From Octopus sinensis (Eukaryota): a DNA stretch of 64,000 nt. The stretch is from positions 69,688,001 to 69,752,000 of the forward strand of contig NC_043000.1 in the NCBI RefSeq assembly GCF_006345805.1, in the 5' to 3' direction. The notes under the pieces were generated by a model. That model worked only from the letters and a program-made list of their open reading frames with translations. It searched no databases and had not been told where the DNA came from. Position 1 is the first letter of the stretch, and each line of letters begins with the position of its first letter. The position numbers and the translations under genes are program-made. Shown piece after piece: positions 26,160 to 37,496 of the stretch.

Positions 26160-26500
26160 ATAATCGTTTCAAATTTGGCACAAGGCCAACAATTTTAAGA
26201 GACGAAATATTTCTTGGCAAGGGGAAAAGGGACAGCACCATCATAGATGTGGCTATATCTGTGAACATGTATGTAGCATTCAAAGTATAGGAGAAAATAG
26301 GAAATTACCAGGATTTGGCTCGGGAAATACGGCGATTATGGAGGGTTTCTACAAAAGTAATGCCAGTTGTTATGGGTGCTTAGGCTACGTCACCGATAAA
26401 CTTAACAGCTCCCTTATTGAGATTGATGTAACTAAAAGAGTTGTATTCATTCAGAAATCTGCTCTATTGAGAACAGCAAGCATTGGAAGAAAGGTGCTTC
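26160..26500 (+). mobile_element. R4/Dong-like REL endonuclease C-terminal relic
   Basis: TIIDVAISV..EKIGNYQDLAREIRRLWRVSTKVMPVVMGA..IQKSALLRTASIGRKVL. Confidence 0.75.
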
Positions 26501-26504
26501 TTTT

Positions 26505-26631
26505 ATAAACTCCGAAGGGATGAGAGGCAATGTTGACCTTGGCGGAATTTGAAATCAAAACGTAAAGAAGGACGAAATACCGCTTAGCATTTTGCCCGGC
26601 GTGCTAACGATTCTGCCAGCTCGCCGCCTTA
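26505..26631 (-). mobile_element. SINE family A, 5' half
   Basis: ggcggaatttgaaatcaaaacgt...gctaacgattctgccagctcgccgcc. Confidence 0.85.
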
Positions 26632-26717
26632 AAGGTTATGTTGTAACAAGAACATGCTTGTAGGGAAAGGACGTAATCATGCAGTAGAATAATTAGTGCA
26701 TTGTATTAAGGTTTTGC

Positions 26718-26921
26718 AGCGCTGGACATGTAAACCTGTGCGCCGAAACCGGTATGCTGCAGCACGCTGGTGTGCCAGGAGACGATACTAGGTGTGCCGC
26801 AGTGTAACCTGAATATAATTTTTTTCCCTATACTTTCGGTTATATTTTTTAGTTCAGGTGTGCCGCCGAATTTTGAAAAGAATATAAAAGTATACCGCAC
26901 GTGAATAAAGGGTGCATAACA
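26718..26921. mobile_element. Probable hAT-type MITE, degraded
   Basis: Repeated gtgtgccgc motifs, cag...ctg termini, about 200 bp. Confidence 0.45.
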
Positions 26922-26979
26922 CTGATGTAAACATTGACAGAGTAATGTAAGTAAATAAAGTTGTTCAAATATTTAATTA

Positions 26980-27018
<39 letters not shown>

Positions 27019-27969
27019 AAAAGTTTATCTAACGAGGAGTTAATGTTGTTAGAATAAGAACAAGGTAGAGAATACGGAAATTCCATCAACTCCACTTAAA
27101 TTGATTGCAAACAATATTGTTAAACGGTTCGTTCTTATGGAGGAGAGTCAGTGAGTTTTTACTGATAACAAACCTAATCATGAACTAAAATTAAAAAATC
27201 ACAGATGAAATTTACAATGAACTCAGTTCCTACACTGAGCTGTAGAAAAAAGTTGATGGATAAGTTCTTCGACCCGTATGTTAATGATAATGAACTATAA
27301 GATATACGACAGTGTCCCTCAACTTTCCAGTATTTCTCATTCCACCCTCGCCCTCACTTAGTAGTCAACATCTCTTATGGTAAGACTGTAACTTAATACG
27401 GTATTACAATTCTTATTTATTCCATATTTCATTTTAAATGTTTCATAAATACATTTTGACTGTGTGCGTATTGAAATTGATATTTTTACGTATAGAGGTC
27501 GTCGTATCCCTTTTTTTATTTTACTTATTTTTCTTTATTACTCTTTTATTCTTTATTTGTCGAGAGAATTCGTCGGAATGCATCCTCTCTTTATTACATG
27601 AAAATCAACGGTATCATTAATTTCGCGTTACGGAAAAAAATTTCCAAAGGCGCATTACTTCTGTCAAACGGGGTATTTCTGTATTTGAAAAACTTGATTT
27701 TTTTCTCCTCAACAAAATTGTATCTTGTTAACATTTTAATATCTTCTGTGAGTGACGTCCAATTGATAAGTTAATTATACTTCTGATCTCTCTTGTGAAC
27801 CGAGTTCATTTTGTTATCCATTTAATTTCTCAGCCCATTTCATCTTTTACGTATGTACCAGTTTCATACAAACAACAACTGTAATATAACTAAACCTGAT
27901 CTAAGGGAGGCAACTTCTACATATATAATAAACAGTAATTTACCGTGTCATTAACATTTGTCAGTCAGT

Positions 27970-28165
27970 CAGAAACGCTAGCACGACGGACGAAATGCTA
28001 CTGTATTTCGTCTGTATTTACGTTCTGAGTTCAAATTCCGCCAAGGTCGACTTTGCATTTCATCCTTTCGAGGTCGATAAATTAAGTACCAGTTGCGTAC
28101 TGGGTCAATCTAATCGGCTCGCCCCCTCCCACAAAAATGTCAGGCCTTGTGCCTAGAGTAGAAAA
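27970..28165 (+). mobile_element. SINE family A, 5'-truncated, inserted into the right arm of the inverted duplication
   Basis: gttctgagttcaaattccgccaaggtcgacttt...ccttgtgcctagagtagaaa; agtc on both sides. Confidence 0.9.
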
Positions 28166-28187
28166 GTCTGTTTCAGAAGGGATTCGC

Positions 28188-28377
28188 TGCAATGCTGTCA
28201 ATTGTTAATTTCTATTAATCTTATACAGAACGTTCAATAACGACGAATCAAATAAGTGCCTGGAAATGGCGAACAGTTATCTTCTGTAGTATTGAGCCTG
28301 TCGAATCAATAATGATGGCGTCTGTTATACTTTATGCCTATGATTCTCAAGTCAATTCTGAGTCTATGCTTGAATAA
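28188..28377. repeat. Right arm of the 190-bp inverted duplication
   Basis: Reverse complement of 20940-21129 with one mismatch. Confidence 0.95.
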
Positions 28378-28736
28378 CAGAGGGAAACAAAGTTTTAGTA
28401 GCATTAATACCAGCACTTCTCAACTCATTTGAGTATGTTGAAATCAAATTTGATGTTAGTTTTCCTCTAAAAGCTCTAGATTTCATGCAATTTAACTTAC
28501 TCTTCTTTTCTCGAAATTTGGACACCTTCATATGCTGACATGGCCCATCTGAGAATTTTTTGGCCATACAGTCTTAAAATTAGACTTAAAATAACCGCCT
28601 CATACATACACAGACTCACTTACACATACTCACACAAACACACACACACACATACACACAGAAAAGAAAAAAATGGAAAACAGGACAAGTAAGACAAATA
28701 ACGACCCATCATCAATGTATATATATATATATAAAG

Positions 28737-28975
28737 GCTCATTCCTTAGAGGTTAGGTTGTTGCACTCGCAATTGTGAGATCGTGGTTTTGATTCCCAGA
28801 CCGGGCGTTGCTTTGTGTTCTTGAGCAAAACACTTCATTTCACGTTCCCTTGTGATCATTTCGTCATCTGGCATGTGACGCATATTGTGCCTGTACAAGT
28901 GATGTTGATTTGATGGAGGGAGTGAGCTTATGTGAACGCAAACATTTGATCACTATAAACAAATCATGCGTGTGG
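28737..28975 (+). mobile_element. tRNA-derived SINE, family C
   Basis: Head gagatcgtggttttgattcccagaccgggcg...tgtgttcttgagcaaaacac is homologous to 59414-59512. Confidence 0.7.
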
Positions 28976-29353
28976 TCTATATATGTATATGTATGTGTGT
29001 GTATGTGTGTGTGTATGTATATATTATGTATTGAATGGTAGTGCGTAGGGTGCGTGGGGAGAACCGTGATGGCTGCGGGAGTGGAAGGGGTCGGGGAGCT
29101 GAAGGGGATGGTGTCGGGGATGTGTAAGGGGAGAGAAGGCGGTGGAGTTTTTTTTTGTGTGAGGAAATTGTGGAGTTGGTGGTTGAGATCAAGATGGAAG
29201 CGGAGAATGGGTTGGGTGGAGGGTGGAGGGCAGAGGGAAGAAAGGAGGTAAGCTTGGGGGAGTTGGTGGTCGAGTGTGTGAAAGAGGGAGCGGGTGGGAC
29301 GGATGGTGGCATAGAGGAGGAGGCGGGAAGTGTGGACGATTCCAGGCAGTGAC

Positions 29354-29372
29354 CTGAAGAAGAAGAAGAAGA

Positions 29373-29413
<41 letters not shown>

Positions 29414-29448
29414 GATGATGATGATGATGATGCTGTTGATGTTGATGT

Positions 29449-29509
<61 letters not shown>
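29354..29509. repeat. (GAA)n/(GAT)n microsatellite
   Basis: Direct repeats; they explain the poly-D/M/I ORFs. Confidence 0.97.
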
Positions 29510-30058
29510 ATGCAGTACCAAGCAGTGGCTCTCGTGGCTTCTGATCTTAACTGATTGGAAGTGTTACTATGTACATCGTTTTGTCTTTGTACAAAAGATG
29601 GGCTACAACAAATATTCTGCTCAATACCACAGAGTTGCTAGTTAGCTGTTTGACCTTAACCAGTTGAGCATGTCCCTTAGTGGCTGACGATATGTGCATC
29701 TCTGATCACGAGCAGAAGTAGTGGGGTAGCATCATAACCATGTATTGAGAGGGATTCTTTAAGGCTTGAATAATTTACCTCTGGAAACATGGGTGTTTCG
29801 TTCAACATCCTTAAACAACCCTTATTCACGGACCTTTTGAGCAGGATTGGTTACTCGACCAGAAGAAAGTTCTAACTGGGCCCCACCTGCAAGGTCATGT
29901 GCTGTTTATCTTGATATGAGATCACTATGTCGCGCACATATGGTTGTGATGCATGTGCCTGGTGTACCCTTATCAGACGGGTAGTCATGATGGGTATACT
30001 GGGCTTCGTATATTTTACCCCAGTGTCACTTTGATGGCATGCACTGCTCTCTCACTCA
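29510..30058 (+). mobile_element. 3'UTR-only copy of the R4/Dong-like family, ending in (AAT)n
   Basis: 29510-29745 matches the reverse complement of 30915-31150 and 15940-16030; its 3' end matches the reverse complement of 33161-33300. Confidence 0.8.
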
Positions 30059-30178
30059 ATAATAATAATAATAATAATAATATTAATAATAATAATAATA
30101 ATAATATCAACAACAACAACAACAACGACATCGAAAAATACCTTAGGAATGAGAACCGAGGTTCAAAATTTCCCCAAT

Positions 30179-30212
30179 ACACCTGATGAAAGCTGGAGCC
30201 GAAACGTTGTGT
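30179..30212 (+). ncRNA. Degraded minimal hammerhead motif
   Basis: acac CTGATGA aagctggagcc GAAA CG TT gtgt: 4-bp stem I, intact core, weak stem II. Confidence 0.45.
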
Positions 30213-30515
30213 TCCGTTAGATGTGAATAATGTAAATAATGTATATAATATTTAATTTCATGTGTGTGTGTGTGGTCATGCATGCGTGCGTTTGAGTATG
30301 TGTGTGAGAAGAAAAGAGAGAGATGAAAAGAGAGAGAGGGAAAATGATACAGGTAATAAAAATTTGCAATATTATTTTTATTAAACTACCAGCGTCTTCG
30401 GATGACAGCCTTTAAATGCTGTCGTCTTTCTATCACCCACTCTCGCTGCAGTTGTTCTTTCACTTTCCTCTCCATCGAGCGTGACCGACAGGTTTTATTA
30501 TATGCAAGATATATC

Positions 30516-30580
<65 letters not shown>

Positions 30581-30599
30581 CATTATTTTTATTATTATT

Positions 30600-30895
30600 A
30601 TCTCTTTATCACAGGATATGTTGGAGCTCCTGGAGTCTTGAATGCGTAGCGGGCTTACTACCTGCAGCCTACAGTACCATGTTATTCGTTCTTTTCAGCT
30701 ATCTAATACTTTCCTGGTTATTCTGGCCATGCCAAGGAGGGAAACCTTTTGTAACATTTCTATTGGACACTCTATTCCAATTACCTTTATATTCCTCTTG
30801 ATGCTTTCTTATAATGTTTCTAAGGACCCAACAATAATTGGCACTATTTTCACCTTCTCCATTTTCCATGTTTCCAAAGGTGAATTATCCAAACC
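30600..30895 (-). mobile_element. R4/Dong-like 3' end (another subfamily), terminating in (TAA)n at 30517-30600
   Basis: WKMEKVKIVPIIVGSLETL..IECPIEMLQKVSLLGMARITRKVLDS*. Confidence 0.8.
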
Positions 30896-30914
30896 CCAAA
30901 GAATTCCTCTCGAC

Positions 30915-33062
30915 ATATGGCTATGATGCTCCCCCACTACTTCTGTTAAAGATCCGAGATGCACATATCGTCAGCCACTAAGAGAGTGCTCAACTGGTTA
31001 AAGTGAACCAACTGACAATGAAATCTATGGTATTGCACAGAATATTTGCTATTGCGTTTCTTTTATACCAAGACAAAACAATATACATGGTAACACTTCC
31101 GATCAGTTAAAATGAGAAGCCATGAGAGCCGCTGACTGGTTCTGCATCAGGGCATTATTATTATTATGTTTGACTTTTACTTTGTATTTGTACAAGTTGA
31201 TTCCAAGTTTCACTCAGTGACCTCAAGAGACAACAACTTAGAAGTACATGCTGGTGTTATGCCGGGGGCGTGATATATTTGGTTTTGCGCATAGTATTGT
31301 TCTAGAGAATGTTTAAGAAAACATAAGAAAATTGAGTTTGTTTTAAAATTTAAGATTACAAAGACAGTATTTTACGTAGGATGTGGCAGTTCCTATGAGA
31401 TTTATCTTTTGAATTTCTGCCATTTTGGGGTTTCCTAGTATCTGAACTAAGTAGCAATCAGTCTCTTTGCTATCATTTCTAGGGCACCTATGACAACATG
31501 TATTGTTTTAGTCATCAGGTTCCACATTTTGTCAATTTCTATTTCAAGATCTTTATATTTGTTCAGCTTGTGGTAGATCTTGACAGATACATTTATATCG
31601 ATTGGGAATGTCATATCAATGAGGAGGCATGATTTTTGTCTCAAGCCTTTCAATATAATGTCTGGCCTATTCGCATCTATCTTTCTGTCATTTTGAATGG
31701 TAAAGTTCCAGAGGAGTGAGATGTGGTCATTTTCAAGCACTGGAGGTGTTTTGTGTTCCCACCAGTTTTTATCATGGGGCAGGTTCAGGTTTTTGCAAAT
31801 TGCCCAGTGAATATATTGTGCAGGTCTATCATGCCTATTGAGATACTCTGTAGGCACAAGAAAACTACACATGTCGACATGATCAATGGTCTCATTTTGT
31901 TGTTGAAATGCACGTCATGTTGGGAAGCTGCCGTTCTCTAATATGTCGGCCTGGTAGTTCCTTGTAGGTAGGCATTGATCTTGAGCTGCTATGATAAACC
32001 CTTCTGAGTTTAAGCCAGAGGCCATTAAACATTGATAGGTAAGGAGTTTGTGAACATCGGCATTATTAGCTCTCTTTGGGTATTTGCCGTTGAGAGGTTT
32101 TTCTTGCCATTTACCATTCAGAATATCTAAGGCAGCAGTTTTAGCACGGGTTTTCATATGCTTAACTTTTTCTGTGCTTGTTTCTCGTACGTCTAATTCT
32201 AGAATTTGTTGTATTTGGAATTCACTTAGATATTTCTTTGCCTGTTTTTTTTTTTTTACTGAGTATGATGCTTTCTTGCTTTCATCTTTTGAGACAAGTT
32301 TTAACATTCAGTCACCAGAGTGTTTCAGGTAGGCATCTAAGCTAATTGTGACAATCTTCATTGTTAATTCCAATTGTAAAAGTCCACGGCTTCCATCTTT
32401 TCTTGGCAGATAAAGTCGTTTTATATCTGCCCTATGGTGGTGCATTCTATGCATTGTCAACAATTTTTGTATTTTTCTGTCAAGATTATATTTCAGTAAT
32501 TGACCAGTTAATGATATTGAAACTGTAAGTCACGACAGGTATAGCTAAAGTATTGATCGCTTCGATCCTGTTTCTTACATTCAGCTCTGTCTTGAGTATT
32601 GCCCTTACCCTGCGATAACATTCTCTTCTGATCCTTTCCCTCATCACTGAATGTTTTTTTCCGTCTCCTTCAATTACCCCTAGGTATTTGTAGCTATCCG
32701 CTGGTTCTAACTCCTTTATAATATTCTGCTATGACAGAAACATCTAACGGTAGATGTTTCTGTTATTTTGCCTTTGATAAATGTAGCTTTTGCACATTTA
32801 TCGAGGCCAAATTGCATCCTGATGTCATCATTGAATTGTTTAACAATCGCTAGTAAGCCATGTAGCCGTTGGTCATCTTTGCAAAGAGCTTTAAATCATC
32901 CATGTAAATGAGATCATTTATATTTTTATCAAACAGTTATATAACGTATTGTACATCATTGAGCAATTTCGGGAGCAGTATTAAGGCTAAACAAATGGGG
33001 AGTGGTGATAGAGAATCATCCTGGAAAATGACAAATGAAATTCTTACATCTCCAACATTAAG
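30915..33062 (-). mobile_element. R4/Dong-like LINE, 5'-truncated at an (ATT)n tract
   Basis: DLIYMDDLKLFA near 32.9 kb, GFIIAAQDQCLPTRNY, RHDRPAQYIHW, LLWNFTIQNDRKIDANRPDII...KYKDLEIEI; close paralogue of 15935-16795. Confidence 0.92.
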
Positions 33063-33069
33063 AGATTCT

Positions 33070-33083
33070 ATTATTATTATTAA

Positions 33084-33160
<77 letters not shown>

Positions 33161-33300
33161 TGAATGAGAGAGCAACGCATGTCTTCAAAGTGACACTAGG
33201 ATACAAATATATGAAGCTCAATATACCCACCATGGCTACCTGTATGAAAAGAGTGCACCAGGTACATACCCCATACCGGATCATTACGTTGTGCTACATG
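33070..33300 (-). mobile_element. (ATT)n tract plus the terminal ~135 bp of the Dong-like 3'UTR
   Basis: gagagagcaacgcatgtcttcaaagtgacactagg matches the reverse complement of about 29930-30058. Confidence 0.7.
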
Positions 33301-33939
33301 AATGAATCACATGGTTAATAAATCCCGGCGTTACGTATTCGTTGACTTAATTAACCTTGATAAAAGTTCGCCGATTAATTATGACAGAACTAATCGAATA
33401 TTAACTTTAATTATTGGAGATCTAGCTAATCATAATTCAGGGATGATCACTAAGGAACGCGGAAGATTTGTGGCGATCACTACGGAATTTCAGAGGAGGT
33501 GGAGGGAAGGATGTAGCGAAAGGAAAAAGAAGTGCCAAGATTCATAACCTATAAATATTTAAATAAAAACAGAACGAGAGATCAAATAGAGAAAGTGGTC
33601 AACATAATGACAGAAAGATGGTAGACCGTCAAAGGGAGAGTAAGCCACCCTTTCCGTCCGTAGTCTGGGGTGGCACCTTAGGCAAGTGCTAGCAACCTCC
33701 TAGCCTCTCGTGTCAGGGGTTCGATGAAGACGTCGGCAACAGAACATTGGATAACTGACAAGAAAAATTCTAGCCAAAATTTGTTGTTTTTTATGCTTTT
33801 AGCCTCTTAGACGAACGGCTTGAAGATTATTGCGGCGAAGCGGAAGATCTCTACCATTAGACAATGGTTGGACGTCAAGTAGCAAGTTAACTGTTATTGC
33901 TGGGCAGCTCCATCGTTGACTATGCTCGTTGGACTCTTG

Positions 33940-34580
33940 TACACCGCATTGACTTGTATTAGGTCTTCTGACCGCGAAGTTGAGAGGAGAATACCATCTG
34001 TCACAAAGGCTTTTGGCTCACTTGAAGAGCGTCTATAGAGCTGCCATGGCATTATTCAACCGCCAAAAGAGGATGATAATGTACAGTGTCACAGTTATCA
34101 TTTGCTTCCTCTATGCCACAGAATGCATGGTCCTCTACCAAAGGCATATCAAAACCCTAATGCGAGTTCAACTTCATCATCTGCGCTCTATTTGCATATC
34201 AGATGGCAGTGTCGCATTCTTGATATAGATGTCCTCCGCCGCGCTGCCTAGGTTAATGTGGAGGCACCCATTGCCTGATTGCAGCTGTATTGGGCAGGAC
34301 ATATTTGCAAGATGGAAGGCTACAAGATCCCAAAGGCAGTTTACTACGCTGAAATGCACCAAGGCAGGAGGAGCTGTGGTAGTCAGAGGTTGCAATACAG
34401 CCATATGCTGAAGAAACATATGAAGAACTCCGACATCACTCCAGATACCTTGGAGAGGAAGGCCTTCCGGTGCAAGGAATGGCACAACTCGCTCAAGATC
34501 GTAATTCCAGCCATTGAGGAGAAACTACACAGAGAATACGAAAGAGCACGTGGGAGGCGCAGCAGATGTCACCGCTGCTG
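33940..34580 (+). mobile_element. RTE-clade LINE, RT C-terminal relic
   Basis: EVERRIPSVTKAFGSL, FLYATECMVLYQRHIKTL, LQLYWAGHICKMEGYKIPKAVYYAEMHQGRRSCGSQRLQY. Confidence 0.8.
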
Positions 34581-36996
34581 CAGATCAAGCAGGCCGTACT
34601 TAAATACATACATATACCCATAGCATACATACAAACATACATACTTACATATAAACACTCGTATGTAAATGACATTTCTAATTTAATTTCAAGGAAGCCG
34701 TTCCAAAGTTTAAAAGAAAATAATCCAGCATTTTCTCAAGAGAAAATATTTAAAAACAAGAGATAATTATAACATCCACCTGAATTAAATCCTAAAAATA
34801 TAGCGTCAGTTTTATTAATTTACCATCCTAATGAAAATTATTTTGAAATTCATATTTTAAAGAAACTGTCTAAATATAAATTCAGGGATAAATCACTTTT
34901 TTGACAAGTAGTTTTATTTTCATGAGTAAAAATATTTGAAATTACTGTCAGGAGTATATTTTTATCTTCTAATTAGCAATGATTTAATAATTTTTACTGT
35001 ATTTATTTTATGTGATTTTACAGATTTAAATACAATTGTTGTTTAGTCCAAAGTTAACCTCTGTAGGATAGATCAACCATCCATATATATAAATAGTCTA
35101 ATGGCTGGGTGCTATCCACATATTCGTTGTTCCAGATATGCCGGTCATCCGCCTTCGTTGAATTATATTCTGCTATACACATGTAGTAGTTTATAGTTTA
35201 TGTTATGAAGTATAGTAGAGAAGCTGAGCATGATTCCTTAATTCTAGTCTAATTATGTGTTAGTTGATACTAGAATCCGCCTAGAATCAGCCGTGATAGA
35301 GCACTCTATAACCAAATGCATTTTAGGTGTGATAATAACCATTTATCTTTAGCCATTGTGTAGCTGATACAATATTATCCAATTATTATAATGTTTTAAA
35401 GAATGTAGGACGTGATTTGAGGGGAAAAGGGCTGCTTTTTCTGGCAAGTTGAATTTCCTAGATGCTTTGTTTAAGTGCAGCTTGGATTCAGGTGTGATAC
35501 TTCCAAATCCTAGATGTTAAAGCTGTAAATTTAGATATTTATACAGCCCTGATATATTTCAAGAGCTTCGGTGAAGAAAAGTGAATGAAGTGTTCTATCA
35601 ATTTTATGTAAGAATGTATACGCAGACTAGTTGTTTGCTTCGCATACAAGGTTGTGTTCATTTACACTAATGGGTGGGCGGGGGGGGGCGGTAATCCGCA
35701 GCAATTGAGGATTACAAATGTAGAATTCCAAAAACATTATCATTATCATAACTTCAAGAGTTTGCTCCGGCATGGTCATAGTCTAATGACTGAAGCAAGT
35801 AAAAAGAAAAGAATAACTATCTCTGAGACATATTTAAATAAGTCATTTAACTTGGTTTTGTCGATGGGATAAATTATAAACACCTTTGAAAGAAGAACAT
35901 AACCAATATAAAACTTTTTGATACAGTTTGAACGTTGTATAAACATAGCAGAGGTTCGTTCTCTTGGCTTTAAAAACATGAAAATTTTATTCACGTAAAC
36001 TAAAGGAAAGTTTTGATTCTTTGTTTACATTGTGGATGATTGCGTTACTCTGATTACCAGTGGAATAAATAAACTAGAGGTTCTCAACAAGTCGACAAGG
36101 TGAAACTTAATAAAATAATTCTTCGGTTCCATCTGCAGTGAGAACTTTTTAGTTTAATCATAGAGTCTATATACACATCGAGGTCAAAAGCATGTACACT
36201 TGAAAACTATACATACATACATACATACATACATACATACATACATACATACATACATACATACATACATACATACATACATACATACACATTGCTCTTC
36301 CTTGTGGTATGACGCGTTAATTAGGTGTAGGGCGAAATTCCTGACTACACAATCTTGCCTATGCCTATGATAGATTACATTGTCTGAGATTAATTCCAAT
36401 CTCTCAAAAGACCATTTATTCAGATATGTATTAAAAAAGAACATATATATATATAATTGAAAAAACTGGAGTCAACAAGGAGTACGGTTGGACATTTATT
36501 TTTTAATCAATACAATTGTTTCCACGTACGTGATTATGCAACTGTTTCCCTGCATTATGAGACCTAGTTGTGTTTCCTCAGGCGATATGTAAATATTTTC
36601 TCCGTAAGTTTATAATCTTCGGCTTCAGGAACATCCTGTCTGTCGTGGTCTGAATTTAGTAGTAGCCTCTGAGCTTATCAGGGTGTGCTGTTACTGACCG
36701 ACCGTTGGTAAACTGCTTTGAATGTATAGATGTAGTGGGATGGTGATTCTGGTACTGTTAAAGTGGTTGCCGTTTAAAAGGGATTAGTATTTCATTTCTT
36801 TGTATTGCTGATTTTTTTCTTCATAGTTGGTAACACATGCAATTCTCCTTAGCTGGGCTTTAACATTTAACGCTCGGACACGTACACGCATACACATGCA
36901 CATGCACACGCACATACATACGTACATGCATACATACATACATACATACATACATACATACATACATACATACATACATACATACATACATACACA

Positions 36997-37033
<37 letters not shown>

Positions 37034-37109
37034 ATATATATATAATATATATATATAAGAAATATTGAGTTTCTAAATCTCTCGTAGAGAGGTGTACGGT
37101 GGTGGAGCG

Positions 37110-37367
37110 ATATAATGGTTGTATACTGTCAATCTAACAAGAACGTGACAGTAGGGGGTACACCACCGTTATATAGCCCTAGGAGGCATCGAACGCCTCC
37201 TGACAGCTTCGACACATTTTATCCTGTGTTCGTATGTGTATATAAGGACACAGGATAAAATGTGTCGAAGCTGTCAGGAGGCGTTCGATGCCTCCTAGGG
37301 CTATATAACGGTGGTGTACCCCCTACTGTCACGTTCTTGTTAGATTGACAGTATACAACCATTATAT
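37110..37367. repeat. Perfect 120-bp inverted repeat with an 18-nt spacer, between (TA)n tracts
   Basis: 37110-37229 is the reverse complement of 37248-37367. Confidence 0.97.
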
Positions 37368-37452
37368 ATATATATATATATATATACATTTACCTACACA
37401 TACATTTAAATTATATATATTTTCACACACACACACATATATAGAACATACC

Positions 37453-37496
<44 letters not shown>

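Noticed and set aside
26716-26763. Hammerhead-like gcagcg CTGGACA...GAAA CCGG TA tgctgc
   Set aside because: The core has two non-compensated mismatches and no stem II; the sequence is explained by the MITE's gtgtgccgc-type motifs.
28240-28377. 48-codon frame ending exactly at the edge of the inverted duplication
   Set aside because: The putative acceptor AG is AA in the other arm and the peptide is unrecognisable; probably coincidence.
28977-29345. Pro/Ser/Thr-rich minus-strand ORF (STISSHKKKLHRLL)
   Set aside because: Purine-rich low complexity; it may be a PLE ORF N-terminal relic, but there is no diagnostic motif.
33640-33730. Possible HDV-like ribozyme upstream of the RTE relic
   Set aside because: A 7-bp stem exists (gccaccc/gggtggc), but I could not assemble P2/P3/P1.1 in the required order.
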